DNA of 64,000 nucleotides, taken from contig JBFWVF010000005.1 of assembly GCA_050246875.1 (NCBI GenBank), positions 192,212 to 256,211 of the forward strand, read 5' to 3'. Shown here piece after piece: positions 1 through 11,790 of the stretch. The DNA comes from Alphaproteobacteria bacterium. GTDB lineage: Bacteria > Pseudomonadota > Alphaproteobacteria > UBA6615. Each line of letters starts with the position of its first letter. The first letter of the stretch is position 1. The position numbers and the translations under genes are program-made. A model generated the notes under the pieces. It was not told where the DNA came from. It ran no database searches and was given only the letters and a program-made list of their open reading frames with translations.

Positions 1-54
1 TTGCGCAAGAAAATCCGTGAGTTAGACATAGAGGTGGTACGCGGCGTAAAATAG
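1..54 (+). CDS. ntrC: 3' end of nitrogen regulation response regulator NtrC (partial, runs off window start)
   Basis: Frame-1 translation LRKKIRELDIEVVRGVK* resembles the conserved C-terminal HTH tail of NtrC (…NRNTLRKKIREL…). It lies directly upstream of ntrYX, the conserved alphaproteobacterial ntrBC-ntrYX arrangement. Confidence 0.45.
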   Translation: MRKKIRELDIEVVRGVK

Positions 55-131
55 CGGCGCCGTCGGGCCGCGGGTGCGGCGGGGACGGTCGACCCGTACC
101 GGGCGCCCTTGCGAGCAGCAGGCCGACCGAG

Positions 132-2381
132 TTGAGCGACACCACATCCGCCGTTCCGAACGCGGCCGTCGCCCGCTGGCGTCAATGGCCGGTCGTCCGC
201 CGCCTGACGCTGGCGGTCGCCGTCATTGCCGTGCTGGCCGGCGCGGCGACGTTCCTCGTCCTCACCGGCACCGCCGGCTTCGGCATCAACCAGGACACGC
301 TGCTGGTCCTGCTGGTCGTCGACGTGGCCGTGGTGCTCTGCCTCGGCGCGCTCGTCGGCTATGCGATCGTGACGCTGTGGGCCGAGCGCCGGGCCGGCGC
401 GGTCGGTGCCCGGCTGCATGTCCGCCTCGTCGCCCTGTTCAGCGTCGTCGCCGTGGTGCCCGCCATCATCGTCGCGGTGATGGCGGCGCTGTTCTTCAAT
501 TTCGAGGTCAAGACCTGGTTCAACGAGCGGGTGCGGACCGCCGTCGACAACTCCGTCGCCGTCGCCGAGGGCTACCTGCGCGAGCATAAGCAGGTCATCG
601 CCGGCGACGCCGTCGCCATGGCCAACGACCTCTACCGCATCTGGCCGGCCATCCTGTCGTCGAGCGGCACGGCCGAGCGGGCGGTCGACGCCCAGGCCGC
701 CATGCGCTCGCTGTCGGAGGCGGTGGTCTTCGACTCGACGGGCCGGGTGCTCGCGCGCACCGGCCTCGCCCTCGAAAGCGAGCCGCCGCCGGCCTGGGCG
801 CTGGAGCGCGCGAGCGGCGGCGAACTGGTCATCCTGACCGGCAGCAACGACGACCGCGTGCGCGCCCTTGTCGGCCTCAACACGGTGCCGCGGGCCTTCC
901 TCTACGTCACCCGCTTCATCGACCCGACGGTGCTGCGCCACCTCGAACGCACGCGCCAGGCGGCGACGGAATACAATCGCCTCGAGGAACTGCGCGGCGA
1001 CCTGCAGGCGACGATGGCCGGCATCTTCGTCGCCTTCGCCCTGCTGCTGCTGTTCGCCGCGATCTCGGTCGGCCTCGCCCTCGCCAACCGTCTGGCGCGG
1101 CCGATCGCGCGCCTCATCGCGGCGGCGGAGCAGGTGCGCGCCGGCGACCTCGACGCCCGCGTGACGCCGTCGGGCGACGAGCCGGAGCTCGGCTCGCTGA
1201 TGCGCTCGTTCAACCGCATGACCGAGCAGCTTTCGCAGCAGCACCGCGAACTGACCGACGCCAACCGGCAGCTCGAGGATCGCCGGCGCTTCACCGAAAC
1301 CGTGCTGGCCGGCGTCTCGGCCGGCGTGCTGGGCCTCGATGCCGAGGGCCGCGTGACGCTGCCCAACCGCTCGGCGGCGACGCTGCTGGGGCTCGGCCGC
1401 GGCGAACTGGCCGGCCGGCCGCTCGGCGAGGCGGTGCCGGAAATGTCCGGTCTGGTCGAGGCGGCGCGCCAGCGCCCCGACCGCCGCGTCGAGGACCAGG
1501 TGACCGTGCGCCGCGATGGCGAGGCCCGCACCCTGCTGGTCCGCATCGTCGCCGAGCGTGGCGAGGACGAGGCCGCGCCCGGCTATGTCGTGACGTTCGA
1601 CGACATCACCGAGCTCGAGGCGGCGCAGCGCAAGGCGGCGTGGGCCGACGTCGCGCGCCGCATCGCCCACGAGATCAGGAACCCGCTGACCCCCATCCAG
1701 CTCTCGGCCGAGCGCCTGAAGCGCAAGTACGCCGGTGAGGTGACGAGCGACCGGACGGTGTTCGAGCAGTACACCGACACCATCGTGCGCCAGGTCGGCG
1801 ACATCCGCCGCATGGTCGACGAGTTCTCCGCCTTCGCCCGCATGCCGCAGCCCGAGCCGGCGCTGGTCGACCTGCGCACGCTGGCGCGCGACGGCGTCTT
1901 CGTGCAGCGCACGGCGCACCCCGAGGTGCGCTTCGAGTTGCGCCTGCCGGACGCGCCGGTGACGTGCCGGTGCGATGCCCGGCTGGTCGCGCAGGCGATC
2001 ACCAACCTGCTGCAGAATGCCGTCGAGGCGATCGAGGGCCGCGAGGGCGATGTGCCGCCCGGCGAGATCGTGGTTGCCCTGGAGCCCGGCGACGAGACGG
2101 TCGCGCTGTCCATCGAGGACAACGGCCGTGGCCTGCCGGTGGCCGAGCGGGCGCGGCTGACCGAGCCCTACGTGACGACGCGCGCCAAGGGGACGGGGCT
2201 CGGCCTCGCCATCGTCAAGAAAATCGTGGAGGACCACGGCGGCCGTCTGATACTGGAGGATCGCGGTGCGGGGGCCGCTACGGCAGCGGGAGCGGCGGGC
2301 GCACGCGTTGTGCTGACGTTCCCGATGCCGGCGACCGGTGAGTCGGCGTCGTCCGCGGCAGCGCGGCCGGCGGCCGAGTAA
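132..2381 (+). CDS. ntrY: Two-component sensor histidine kinase NtrY (TM-HAMP-PAS-HisKA-HATPase)
   Basis: 749-aa ORF. N-terminal TM helices, HAMP region (…RLARPIARLIAAAEQVRAGDLDARV…), H-box HEIRNPLTPIQLSAERL, N-box QNAVEAI and a G-box (GTGLGLAIVKKIVEDHGG). Followed by ntrX. TTG start at 132 is uncertain. Confidence 0.85.
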   Translation: MSDTTSAVPNAAVARWRQWPVVRRLTLAVAVIAVLAGAATFLVLTGTAGFGINQDTLLVLLVVDVAVVLCLGALVGYAIVTLWAERRAGAVGARLHVRLVALFSVVAVVPAIIVAVMAALFFNFEVKTWFNERVRTAVDNSVAVAEGYLREHKQVIAGDAVAMANDLYRIWPAILSSSGTAERAVDAQAAMRSLSEAVVFDSTGRVLARTGLALESEPPPAWALERASGGELVILTGSNDDRVRALVGLNTVPRAFLYVTRFIDPTVLRHLERTRQAATEYNRLEELRGDLQATMAGIFVAFALLLLFAAISVGLALANRLARPIARLIAAAEQVRAGDLDARVTPSGDEPELGSLMRSFNRMTEQLSQQHRELTDANRQLEDRRRFTETVLAGVSAGVLGLDAEGRVTLPNRSAATLLGLGRGELAGRPLGEAVPEMSGLVEAARQRPDRRVEDQVTVRRDGEARTLLVRIVAERGEDEAAPGYVVTFDDITELEAAQRKAAWADVARRIAHEIRNPLTPIQLSAERLKRKYAGEVTSDRTVFEQYTDTIVRQVGDIRRMVDEFSAFARMPQPEPALVDLRTLARDGVFVQRTAHPEVRFELRLPDAPVTCRCDARLVAQAITNLLQNAVEAIEGREGDVPPGEIVVALEPGDETVALSIEDNGRGLPVAERARLTEPYVTTRAKGTGLGLAIVKKIVEDHGGRLILEDRGAGAATAAGAAGARVVLTFPMPATGESASSAAARPAAE

Positions 2382-2398
2382 CGCGGAACGACCCGATT

Positions 2399-3843
<1,445 letters not shown>

Positions 3844-3847
<4 letters not shown>

Positions 3848-5220
3848 AGGCCATCATCTGCGGCGCCGGCCAGGTCGGCTCCAACATCGCGCGCGAACTG
3901 GCCGCCGAGCGCGTCGACGTCACCGTCATCGACCAGCGCCCCGATCTCATCCACCGCCTGTCCGACAGCGCCGACGTGACGGCGATGGTCGGCCACGCCG
4001 CGCATCCCGACGTGCTGGAGCGGGCGGGGGCGGCCGACGCCGACATGATCATCGCGGTGACCTACACCGACGAAGTCAACATGGTGGCGTGCCAGGTCGC
4101 GCACTCGCTGTTCAACGTGCCGACCAAGATCGCGCGCATCCGCGCGCAGTCCTACCGCGAGCAGCACTGGTCGTCGCTGTTCAGCCGCGACCACCTGCCC
4201 ATCGACATGATCATCTCGCCGGAGGTCGAGGTCGCCCGCGCCATCGCGCGCAGCTTCACCGTGCCCGGCGCCTTCGACATGATCCCACTTGCCGACGGTC
4301 GCCTGCGGCTGATCGGCGTGCGCTGCCCCGACGACTGCCCGATCGTCGACACGCCGCTGCGCCAGCTCACCACGCTGTTTCCCGACATGCGCATCGCCGT
4401 CGTCGGCATCGTGCGCAACGGCAAGTCGATCGTGCCGTCGGGCGACGACGAGATGCTGGCGCGCGACGACGTCTATTTCGTCGTCGACAGCGAGCATGTC
4501 GGCCGCGCCATGGCGGCGTTCGGCCACGAAGAGCCCGAGGCGCGCCGCGTCGTCATCATCGGCGGCGGCAACATCGGCCGCTTCCTCGCCGCCGACATCG
4601 AGGCCGAATTCGCCGCCATGTCGGCGAAGATTATCGAGATCGACAAGGCCCAGGCCGCCACCGCCGCGCAGGCGCTCGGCCGCACCGTCGTCATCAACGG
4701 CGACGCCCTCGACCCCGAGATCCTCACCGAGGCGAGCATCGCCAGCACCGAGGTCGTCGTCGCCGTCACCAACGACGACGAGGTCAACATCCTCGCCTCG
4801 CTGCTGGCCAAGCGGCACGGCGCCGCGCGCGCGGTCACGCTGGTCAACACGACGACCTACACGCCGATGCTGTCGACCCTCGGCATCGACGTCGTCGTCA
4901 ACCCGCGCTCGATCACCGTCTCGACGATCCTGCAGCACATTCGGCGCGGCCGCATCCGCTCCGTGCATACGCTGGGCGACAATTTCGGCGAGCTGATCGA
5001 GGCCGAGGCTTTGGCCACGTCGAGCCTCGTCGGCAAGGCGCTCGGCGACGCCAAGCTGCCCGCCGGCGTCATCGTCGCCGCCATCGTGCGCGACGACGCG
5101 GTGCAGATGGCGACGCGCGAAACGGTGATCGAGGTCGGCGACCGGGTGGTGCTGTTCGCCACCAAGGATGCGATCCGCAAGATCGAGAAGATGTTCGCCG
5201 TACGCCTGGAGTTCTTCTAG
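3844..5220 (+). CDS. trkA: Trk potassium uptake system NAD-binding protein TrkA
   Basis: Starts MKAIICGAGQVGSNIAREL (Rossmann GxGxxG). Two RCK_N/RCK_C repeats (second VVIIGGGNIGRFLA). ATGA overlap with ntrX stop. 458 aa. Confidence 0.9.
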
Positions 5221-5222
5221 CC

Positions 5223-6137
5223 GTGCCGGCGCCGCTCCTGTCCCGCGTCGCCTGGGTCGACGGTCGCTATGTCGGGCATGCCGACGCCTATGCCGTGCAT
5301 GTCGAGGATCGCGGCTACCAGTTCGCCGACGGTGTCTACGAGGTCATCCACGTCGAGGACGGAAGGCTGGTCGACGAGGGGCCGCACCTCGACCGCCTCG
5401 ATCGGTCGCTCGGCGAACTGGCCATCCCGGCGCCGATGGCGCGGCGGCCGCTGCAGCGCGTGCTGCGCGAGGTGGCGCGGCGCAACGGCGTCGCGCACGG
5501 GCTGGTCTACCTGCAGGTGACGCGCGGCATCGCCCGCCGCCGCCACGCCTTTCCGGCCGATGCAAGGCCGGTGATGGTGGTGACGGCGCGCAGCGAGCCG
5601 GGGCCCGAGCCGTCGCTGCTGGAGGAGGGCGTGGCCGTGGTCACGCTGCCCGATCAGCGCTGGGCGCGCTGCGACATCAAGTCCGTCGCCCTGCTGGCAA
5701 ACGTCCTCGCCAAGCAGGCCGCCGCTGCCGCCGGGGCGGCCGAGGCCTGGCTGGTCGACCGCGACGGGATGGTCACCGAAGGCGGCTCGTCGAACGCCTG
5801 GATCGTCACCACGGACGGGCGGCTCGTCACCCGGCCGGCCGATAACGCCATCCTCGACGGCATCACCCGTCGCACCCTGCTGGCGCTCGCCGCGGGGCAG
5901 GGGCTGACGGTGGACCTGCGCGGCTTTTCCCCGGAAGAGGCGCGGGGCGCGCGCGAAGCGTTCTTTTCCAATTCGTCGAGCTGGGTGATGCCGGTGACCC
6001 GCATCGATGACGCCGTCGTCGCCAATGGGCGCGCCGGCAGCCTGTCGCGGGCCCTCAACGCCGCCTATCTGGAGCGGCTGGGCGGTCTGCCCCGCATGGC
6101 AGCGGGACTGCCGCCCGTAGCCGGTGGGACGCGTTGA
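5223..6137 (+). CDS. dat: D-amino-acid (D-alanine) aminotransferase, PLP fold-type IV
   Basis: …GYQFADGVYEVIHVEDGRLVDEGPHLDRLDRSL… and catalytic-Lys region typical of class IV aminotransferases. GTG start 3 nt after the trkA stop. Start codon choice is uncertain. Confidence 0.75.
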   Translation: MPAPLLSRVAWVDGRYVGHADAYAVHVEDRGYQFADGVYEVIHVEDGRLVDEGPHLDRLDRSLGELAIPAPMARRPLQRVLREVARRNGVAHGLVYLQVTRGIARRRHAFPADARPVMVVTARSEPGPEPSLLEEGVAVVTLPDQRWARCDIKSVALLANVLAKQAAAAAGAAEAWLVDRDGMVTEGGSSNAWIVTTDGRLVTRPADNAILDGITRRTLLALAAGQGLTVDLRGFSPEEARGAREAFFSNSSSWVMPVTRIDDAVVANGRAGSLSRALNAAYLERLGGLPRMAAGLPPVAGGTR

Positions 6138-6265
6138 ACAATATGCTGGTATTTCAGCCGGCAGTCCCTATCCTAGAACCAACAAGAACGAAGAGGGCCG
6201 GGAGTTGACGTCGCTTCGCGCGGGGGCGCGCGTCTGGTCGACAACAAAAGCAACAGAGGTCGATT

Positions 6266-6520
6266 ATGGCCGACAAGTCACAAAACGTGCAGGATGTGTT
6301 CCTTAACAACATCCGCAAGAACAAGACCCCGGTGACGATCTTCCTGGTCAACGGCGTAAAGCTTCAAGGCGTGGTGACGTGGTTCGACAATTTCTGCGTT
6401 CTGCTGCGCCGCGATGCCCACTCGCAGCTCGTCTACAAGCACGCCATTTCGACGGTGATGCCGTCGGTCCCGGTGCAGCTGTTCGAGCCCGAGACCGCCG
6501 ACGCCGAGGCTGCCGCCTGA
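6266..6520 (+). CDS. hfq: RNA chaperone Hfq
   Basis: [64 protein letters not shown]. Sm1/Sm2 motifs are essentially identical to known Hfq. Lower-GC promoter region upstream. Confidence 0.97.
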   Translation: MADKSQNVQDVFLNNIRKNKTPVTIFLVNGVKLQGVVTWFDNFCVLLRRDAHSQLVYKHAISTVMPSVPVQLFEPETADAEAAA

Positions 6521-6521
6521 C

Positions 6522-7874
6522 TTGAGCGAACGCGAACGCGGCGACGGTGGGCGAGCCGGCACGGAGCCGGCGCGCACGCGGACGGTCGTACTCCATCCGG
6601 CACTGAAGACGGCGCGCGCGGCCGCGGGGCCCGCCGCCGTGACGCCGGAAATGCGTCTGGAGGAGGCCTGCGGGCTGGCCGCCGCGATCGACCTCGATCT
6701 CGTCCACAGCGAGGTGGTGCGGCTGGTCGAGCCGCGGCCGGCGACGCTGTTCGGCTCGGGCACGGTCGAGCGGCTGGGCACGGCGGTCGCCGGGACCGAG
6801 GCGACGCTGGTCTATGTCGACGGCACCCTGTCGCCGGTGCAGCAGCGCAACCTGGAAAAGGCGTGGAAGGCCAAGGTCATCGACCGCACCGGCCTGATCC
6901 TCGAAATCTTCGGCGAGCGGGCGCGGACCCGCGAGGGCCAGTTGCAGGTCGAACTGGCGGCGCTGACCTACCAGCGCTCGCGGCTGGTGCGCTCGTGGAC
7001 CCACCTCGAACGCCAGCGCGGCGGTTTCGGCTTCCTCGGCGGGCCGGGTGAAAGCCAGCTCGAACTCGACCGCCGCGTCATCGGCGACCGCATCGTCAAG
7101 CTGCGCGGCGAACTCGACCAGGTGCGCCGCACGCGCGGCCTGCACCGCAAGGCGCGCGAGCGGGTGCCGTACCCGGTCGTGGCGCTGGTCGGCTACACCA
7201 ATGCCGGCAAGTCGACGCTGTTCAACCGGCTGGCACATTCGGCGGTGATGGCGGCCGACATGCTGTTCGCCACGCTCGACCCGACGATGCGCGCGGTGCG
7301 CCTGCCCGGCGGGCGCACGATCATCCTGTCCGACACGGTGGGCTTCATCTCCGACCTGCCGCACGACCTCGTCGCCGCCTTTCGCGCGACGCTCGAAGAG
7401 GTACTGGCGGCCGACGTCGTCGTGCATGTGCGCGATGTTGCCCATCCGCAGACCGAGGCCCAGCGCGCCGATGTCGAATCGATTCTCGCCGGACTCTTCG
7501 CGCGGGGCCCGGATGACGACGGCGCGTCCGCCCGGCCGCCGCAGATCGAGGCCCTGAACAAGGTCGACCTGCTCGACGAGGAAGCGCGTACTGCCATTGC
7601 GGAGCGCGCGCGGCGCGACGGCCGCGCGGTGTCGCTGTCGGCGCTGACGGGCGAGGGCTGCGACGCCCTGCTGGCGGCGATCGAGGCCGATCTGGCTGCC
7701 TCGCAGGTGGTGAGCGAAGTCGAGGTGAAGCTGTCCGACGGGGCCGGGCTGGCCTGGCTCTACCGCAAGGGCGAGGTGCTGTCGCGCGAGGACACCGACG
7801 AGGTCGCCCGCGTGCGGGTGCGGCTGGAACCGGCCGACCTAGCGCGCTTCCAGCGCCGCCACGGCGTGGCGTGA
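6522..7874 (+). CDS. hflX: GTPase HflX
   Basis: HflX N-domain (…RTGLILEIFGERARTREGQLQVELAALTYQRSRLVR…) and G-domain (VALVGYTNAGKSTLFNRL, DTVGF). TTG start one nt after the hfq stop is uncertain; hfq-hflX synteny is conserved. Confidence 0.88.
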   Translation: MSERERGDGGRAGTEPARTRTVVLHPALKTARAAAGPAAVTPEMRLEEACGLAAAIDLDLVHSEVVRLVEPRPATLFGSGTVERLGTAVAGTEATLVYVDGTLSPVQQRNLEKAWKAKVIDRTGLILEIFGERARTREGQLQVELAALTYQRSRLVRSWTHLERQRGGFGFLGGPGESQLELDRRVIGDRIVKLRGELDQVRRTRGLHRKARERVPYPVVALVGYTNAGKSTLFNRLAHSAVMAADMLFATLDPTMRAVRLPGGRTIILSDTVGFISDLPHDLVAAFRATLEEVLAADVVVHVRDVAHPQTEAQRADVESILAGLFARGPDDDGASARPPQIEALNKVDLLDEEARTAIAERARRDGRAVSLSALTGEGCDALLAAIEADLAASQVVSEVEVKLSDGAGLAWLYRKGEVLSREDTDEVARVRVRLEPADLARFQRRHGVA

Positions 7875-8689
7875 GCGTCCCGATGGCCGGTTCGCCCGAT
7901 ACCGACCGCGTCGGCGCGTTGATGCGCGAGGCGGCGCGGCAGTTCGTGCTGCCGCGCTTCCGCGCGCTCGAGACGCACGAGATCCTCACCAAGTCCGGCG
8001 ACAACGACCTCGTGACCGTCGCCGACCGCGAGAGCGAGGCGTGGCTGACGGACGAACTGGCCGCGCTGCTGCCGGGCAGCGTCGTGGTCGGCGAGGAGGC
8101 GGTGTTCGCCGACGCCACGGTGATCGACCGGCTGGCGGGTGCGGCGCCGACCTGGGTGATCGACCCGGTCGACGGCACATGGAACTTCGCCCACGGGGTC
8201 GAGCGCTTCGCCATGATGGTGGCGCTGGTCGAGGCCGGCACGGTCTCGCACGGCTGGATTCTCGAGCCGGCCAGCGACCGCCTGGCGGTCGGCGTGCGCG
8301 GCGGCGGCGTGACGCTCGACGGCGCGCCGGTGCGGCTCGGCGAGGGCTCCCCCGCGTCCCGCCCTGACGGCCGCCATACGGGCGTCGCCGTGCGCCGGAT
8401 GATGGAGCGCGCGAAGACGCGCGACGACCTGTTCGGCGCGCTGCGTGGCTCCTCGTCGGCGGGCTGCGAGTATCTGCTGCAGCTCGCCGGCGAGGCGGAT
8501 TTCTCGGCCTACAACCGCCTGCTGCCGTGGGACCACGCGGCCGGCGCCTTCCTCGTCGCCGAGGCCGGCGGCGTCGCCCGCCTGCTCGACGGCACCGTCT
8601 ACTCGCCGCTGGTGCACAAGGGCGACTACCTCAGCGCCCGCAGCGAGAGCGTGTGGCGCGAAGTGCGTGACGTGCTGGCGGAAGCCTAG
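7871..8689 (+). CDS. Inositol monophosphatase family protein (IMPase/SuhB/HisN-like)
   Basis: Metal-binding motifs …VIDPVDGTWNFAHGVERFAMMVALVEAG… and WDHAAG. GTGA overlap with hflX stop. Confidence 0.75.
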   Translation: MSVPMAGSPDTDRVGALMREAARQFVLPRFRALETHEILTKSGDNDLVTVADRESEAWLTDELAALLPGSVVVGEEAVFADATVIDRLAGAAPTWVIDPVDGTWNFAHGVERFAMMVALVEAGTVSHGWILEPASDRLAVGVRGGGVTLDGAPVRLGEGSPASRPDGRHTGVAVRRMMERAKTRDDLFGALRGSSSAGCEYLLQLAGEADFSAYNRLLPWDHAAGAFLVAEAGGVARLLDGTVYSPLVHKGDYLSARSESVWREVRDVLAEA

Positions 8690-8701
8690 ACGCGCCGTCC
8701 G

Positions 8702-9859
8702 CTACACCGCCTCGGCCTTGTCGCGCGCCTGCACCTTCACGCCCGAGACGCCCGTGGGGTTCGCGCGCCGCCAGTCGTAGTAATTGTCGAGCGTGGCATA
8801 GGGCGTGATCATGCCGGGGTCGAAGGCGATCGGCGCCTCGCCGCGGGCGATCTTCGCCGCCCAGTGCGGGTCGGCCAGCGCGCCCTTGCCGATGCAGCAG
8901 AAATCGCCCTGGCCGCCGGTCAGCGCCGCCTCGGCCACCGCCGGGTCCTGCAGCTTGCCGTTGGCGAGGATCGGCAGGCCGGAATACTTGCGTGCCAGGC
9001 CCGAGAGGCTGTCGGCGCAGCCGAACACCGGCGAGACGCCGAGATGGGCCGAGATGTCGATGAAGTCGATGCCGGTCTTCGCCAGCGCCGAGAAGATCGC
9101 CTTCGCATCGGCCTCGCCGCCCGGCCAGACATAGTCGAAGTCGTTGACCTTGGTCTGCGAGATGCGCACGCCTACCGGCCTGTCGGGCACGGCGGCGCGG
9201 ACCGCCCGCATCACCTCGCAGTGGAAGCGGACGCGGTTCTCGACCGGGCCGTTGTACTCGTCGGTGCGGAGATTGGTGTGCACGGTGAGGAACTGGTCGG
9301 GCAGGTAGCCGTTCGCGCCGTGTACCTCGATGCCGTCGAAGCCCAGTTCGGCGGCGCGGCGGGCAGCTGCGGCGTAGCTCGCCACCACCTCGGCCATCTC
9401 GTCGCGGGTGATCTCGCGCGGCGTCTGGAACACCGTGCCGCTGCCGCGGTAGCGGTCGATCTGCTTGCCCTTCGGCGTCACCGCCGAGGCCGAGATCGAG
9501 CCCTCGACCCAGTTGTTGCCCTGGTTGATGGCGCCGCAGTGGAAGATCTGCATGAAGGCCGGCGAGCCCTCGGCGTGGATCGCGTCGACCACCTTGCGCC
9601 AGCTTTCCTGCTGGCGGTCGCTGCCGATGCCCGGCTGGTACTTGTAGCCCTGGCTGTACTTGAGGTCGATGTAGACGGCCTCGGTCATCACGAGGCCCCA
9701 GCCGCCGCGCGCGTAGTCGGCGTAGTAGTCGCGCATCTGGTCGGTGACGATGCCGTCCTCGGTCGCGCTCGCGCGCGTCAGCGGCGAGACGACGGCGCGG
9801 TTGCGCAGTGTCAGGCCACCGAGGCGGCCGGGCGAGAGCAGGGTGGGGTAGGTCGCCAT
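8702..9859 (-). CDS. NADH:flavin oxidoreductase, Old Yellow Enzyme family
   Basis: 385 aa, …LRNRAVVSPLTRASAT…, HGANGYLPDQFL (OYE active-site His/Asn region), TIM-barrel FMN oxidoreductase signature. Confidence 0.85.
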   Translation of the reverse strand: MATYPTLLSPGRLGGLTLRNRAVVSPLTRASATEDGIVTDQMRDYYADYARGGWGLVMTEAVYIDLKYSQGYKYQPGIGSDRQQESWRKVVDAIHAEGSPAFMQIFHCGAINQGNNWVEGSISASAVTPKGKQIDRYRGSGTVFQTPREITRDEMAEVVASYAAAARRAAELGFDGIEVHGANGYLPDQFLTVHTNLRTDEYNGPVENRVRFHCEVMRAVRAAVPDRPVGVRISQTKVNDFDYVWPGGEADAKAIFSALAKTGIDFIDISAHLGVSPVFGCADSLSGLARKYSGLPILANGKLQDPAVAEAALTGGQGDFCCIGKGALADPHWAAKIARGEAPIAFDPGMITPYATLDNYYDWRRANPTGVSGVKVQARDKAEAV

Positions 9860-10033
9860 CGTCGAGGCCTCCCGGGCATGCGTTCGTGATCGTTGGCGCG
9901 GATCATAACATCCGGCCGATGGCGGTAAACCGTGGGCAGGGCGCGGTTTGCGCCGTCGCGCCGGCCCTCGCTATCATCCGCCGCCGGCCTCGCCGCGAGG
10001 CCGCCATCACCCGAACAGGCGGAGCGCCGTGAC

Positions 10034-10912
10034 ATGCCCGAATCCCGCAACCTCGCTTTTGTCGGCCTCGGCGTCATGGGTTTTCCGATGGCCGGCCATC
10101 TGGTCAAGGCCGGCCATGCCGTCACGGTGTGGAACCGCACCGCCGCGCGCGCCGAGAAATGGGTCGGCCAGCACAAGGGCAAGGCCGCCGCGAGCCCGCG
10201 CGAGGCGGCGGCGAGCGCCGACATCGTGTTCATGTGCGTCGGCAACGACGACGACGTGCGCAGCGTCGTCTACGGCGACAACGGCGTGCTGACCGGCATG
10301 CGCAAGGGGACCGTCCTGGTCGACCACACGACCGCCTCCGACACGCTGGCGCGCGAACTGGCCGAGGCGTGCAGGGCGAAGGGCGTGGACTTTCTCGACG
10401 CGCCCGTCTCGGGCGGCCAGGCCGGCGCCGAGAACGGCGTGCTGACCGTCATGTGCGGTGGCGACGAGGCGACCTTTGCCGCGACGCGGCCGACCATCGA
10501 CGCCTATGCGCGTGCCTGCGAACTGATCGGTCCCACCGGCTCGGGCCAGCTCGCCAAGATGATGAACCAGATCTGCATCGCCGGCGTGCTGCAGGGGCTG
10601 TCGGAGGCGATCAATCTCGGCCAGAAGGCCGGCCTCGACATCGAGAAGGTGATCGGCGCCATCTCGAAGGGCGCCGCCGGTTCATGGCAGATGGACAACC
10701 GCTGGAAGACGATGATCGCCGGCCAGTTCGAGTACGGCTTCGCCGTCAACTGGATGCGCAAGGACCTGTCGATGTGCCTCGACGTCGGCGAGAAGACCGG
10801 CGCACGCCTGCCGCTGACTGCGCTGGTCGACCAGTTCTACAAGCACGTCCAGGCGCGCGGCGGCGGCCGCTGGGACACGTCCTCGCTGATCCATCTGCTG
10901 CAGAAGGATTGA
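10034..10912 (+). CDS. NAD(P)-dependent 3-hydroxyisobutyrate/6-phosphogluconate dehydrogenase family oxidoreductase
   Basis: N-terminal Rossmann LAFVGLGVMGFPMAGHLVKAGHAVTVWNRT and C-terminal 6PGDH-like NAD-binding domain. Start placed at the internal ATG (MPESRNL) of the 9932..10912 ORF. Confidence 0.8.
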   Translation: MPESRNLAFVGLGVMGFPMAGHLVKAGHAVTVWNRTAARAEKWVGQHKGKAAASPREAAASADIVFMCVGNDDDVRSVVYGDNGVLTGMRKGTVLVDHTTASDTLARELAEACRAKGVDFLDAPVSGGQAGAENGVLTVMCGGDEATFAATRPTIDAYARACELIGPTGSGQLAKMMNQICIAGVLQGLSEAINLGQKAGLDIEKVIGAISKGAAGSWQMDNRWKTMIAGQFEYGFAVNWMRKDLSMCLDVGEKTGARLPLTALVDQFYKHVQARGGGRWDTSSLIHLLQKD

Positions 10913-10945
10913 GGGAGCGGGTGGTGTCGCTGGGCGACGTCCCCA

Positions 10946-11037
10946 TCCCTCGACAAGCTCAGGATGAGGACGACCGGTAACGGCATTCCCGATGCCAGGG
11001 CATTACAGGGCAGCCTCACCCTGAGCCTGTCGAAGGG
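10946..11037. repeat. MITE-like inverted-repeat element, copy A (arms TCGACAAGCTCAGGATGAGG / CCTCACCCTGAGCCTGTCGA)
   Basis: Arms are near-perfect reverse complements separated by ~45 bp. The same arm consensus TCCTTCGACAGGCTCAGGATGAGG recurs at 12682, 33895 and 44230. Sits between convergent gene ends. Confidence 0.8.
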
Positions 11038-11071
11038 CGAGACTGCCAGGCATCGATAGTCCGCGTCCGCG

Positions 11072-11788
11072 CTATCCGTCCAGTTCCGGATAATGCCGGA
11101 AGATACCGTGCTGGTTGAAGGGCAGGCGGCGGTCGGACGCCAGATACGCCGCGATGCGCGGCCGCGCGGCGACGCGGTCGTGCAGCGCGCGGACGCGCGG
11201 CAGCTTCCGCGCCAGCTTCTTCATCGTCCTGGGAAAGGCGTAGTCGAGGCCGGCGACGATCTGGAACACCGACAGGTCGGCGTAGGTCAGCCGCGCGCCG
11301 ACGAGGTGCCGGTCGCCCGAGGGGTTCTGCGCCAGCACCTGTTCGAACCAGCCGAGATACTTGGGCGCCCGCTCCTTGACGAAGTGGCCGGAGAAGCGCG
11401 CCGCCTCCGGCTTCTGCTCGTCGTAGTAGAGGCTGCCGGCAATGGGGTGGTGGGTGTCGTGAATCTCCTTCACGAAGTCCGTCACCGTGAGCTGGATCTG
11501 GTGCGTCCACAGCCGCGCCGCCTCGCTCGCCGGCACGAGGCCGTGGCGCGGCCCGAGGTACTCTAGGATGTTCGCCGTCTGGGCGAGCACCAGCTTGCCG
11601 GCCTTGAGGATCGGCGGCGCGTAGGGCGGGCGGTCGAGGCCGGCGCCGTCGAGCAGCGCGGCCATGGTGGTCGAACCCTTGCCGCCGCGCTCGACGTCGA
11701 TGTAGTCGGCGCCCGCTTCCTCCAGCGCCAGGCGGACGAATTCGCCGCGTCCCTGGATGCCGGGCCAGTAGTAAAGCTCGTAACGCAT
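11072..11788 (-). CDS. Glutathione S-transferase family protein
   Basis: MRYELYYWPGIQGRGEFVRLALEEAGADY… thioredoxin-like GST N-domain plus C-terminal helical domain. Start set at the internal ATG of the 11072..11839 ORF. Confidence 0.8.
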   Translation of the reverse strand: MRYELYYWPGIQGRGEFVRLALEEAGADYIDVERGGKGSTTMAALLDGAGLDRPPYAPPILKAGKLVLAQTANILEYLGPRHGLVPASEAARLWTHQIQLTVTDFVKEIHDTHHPIAGSLYYDEQKPEAARFSGHFVKERAPKYLGWFEQVLAQNPSGDRHLVGARLTYADLSVFQIVAGLDYAFPRTMKKLARKLPRVRALHDRVAARPRIAAYLASDRRLPFNQHGIFRHYPELDG

Positions 11789-11790
11789 CG

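Noticed and set aside
74-589. 171-aa plus-strand ORF (Arg/Gly/Pro-rich) and similar ORFs such as 359..550(-), 632..883(-), 902..1546(-), 1583..2122(-)
   Set aside because: Alternative-frame or antisense ORFs inside the well-supported ntrY gene. Low-complexity Arg/Ala/Pro composition typical of random open frames in 67% GC DNA.
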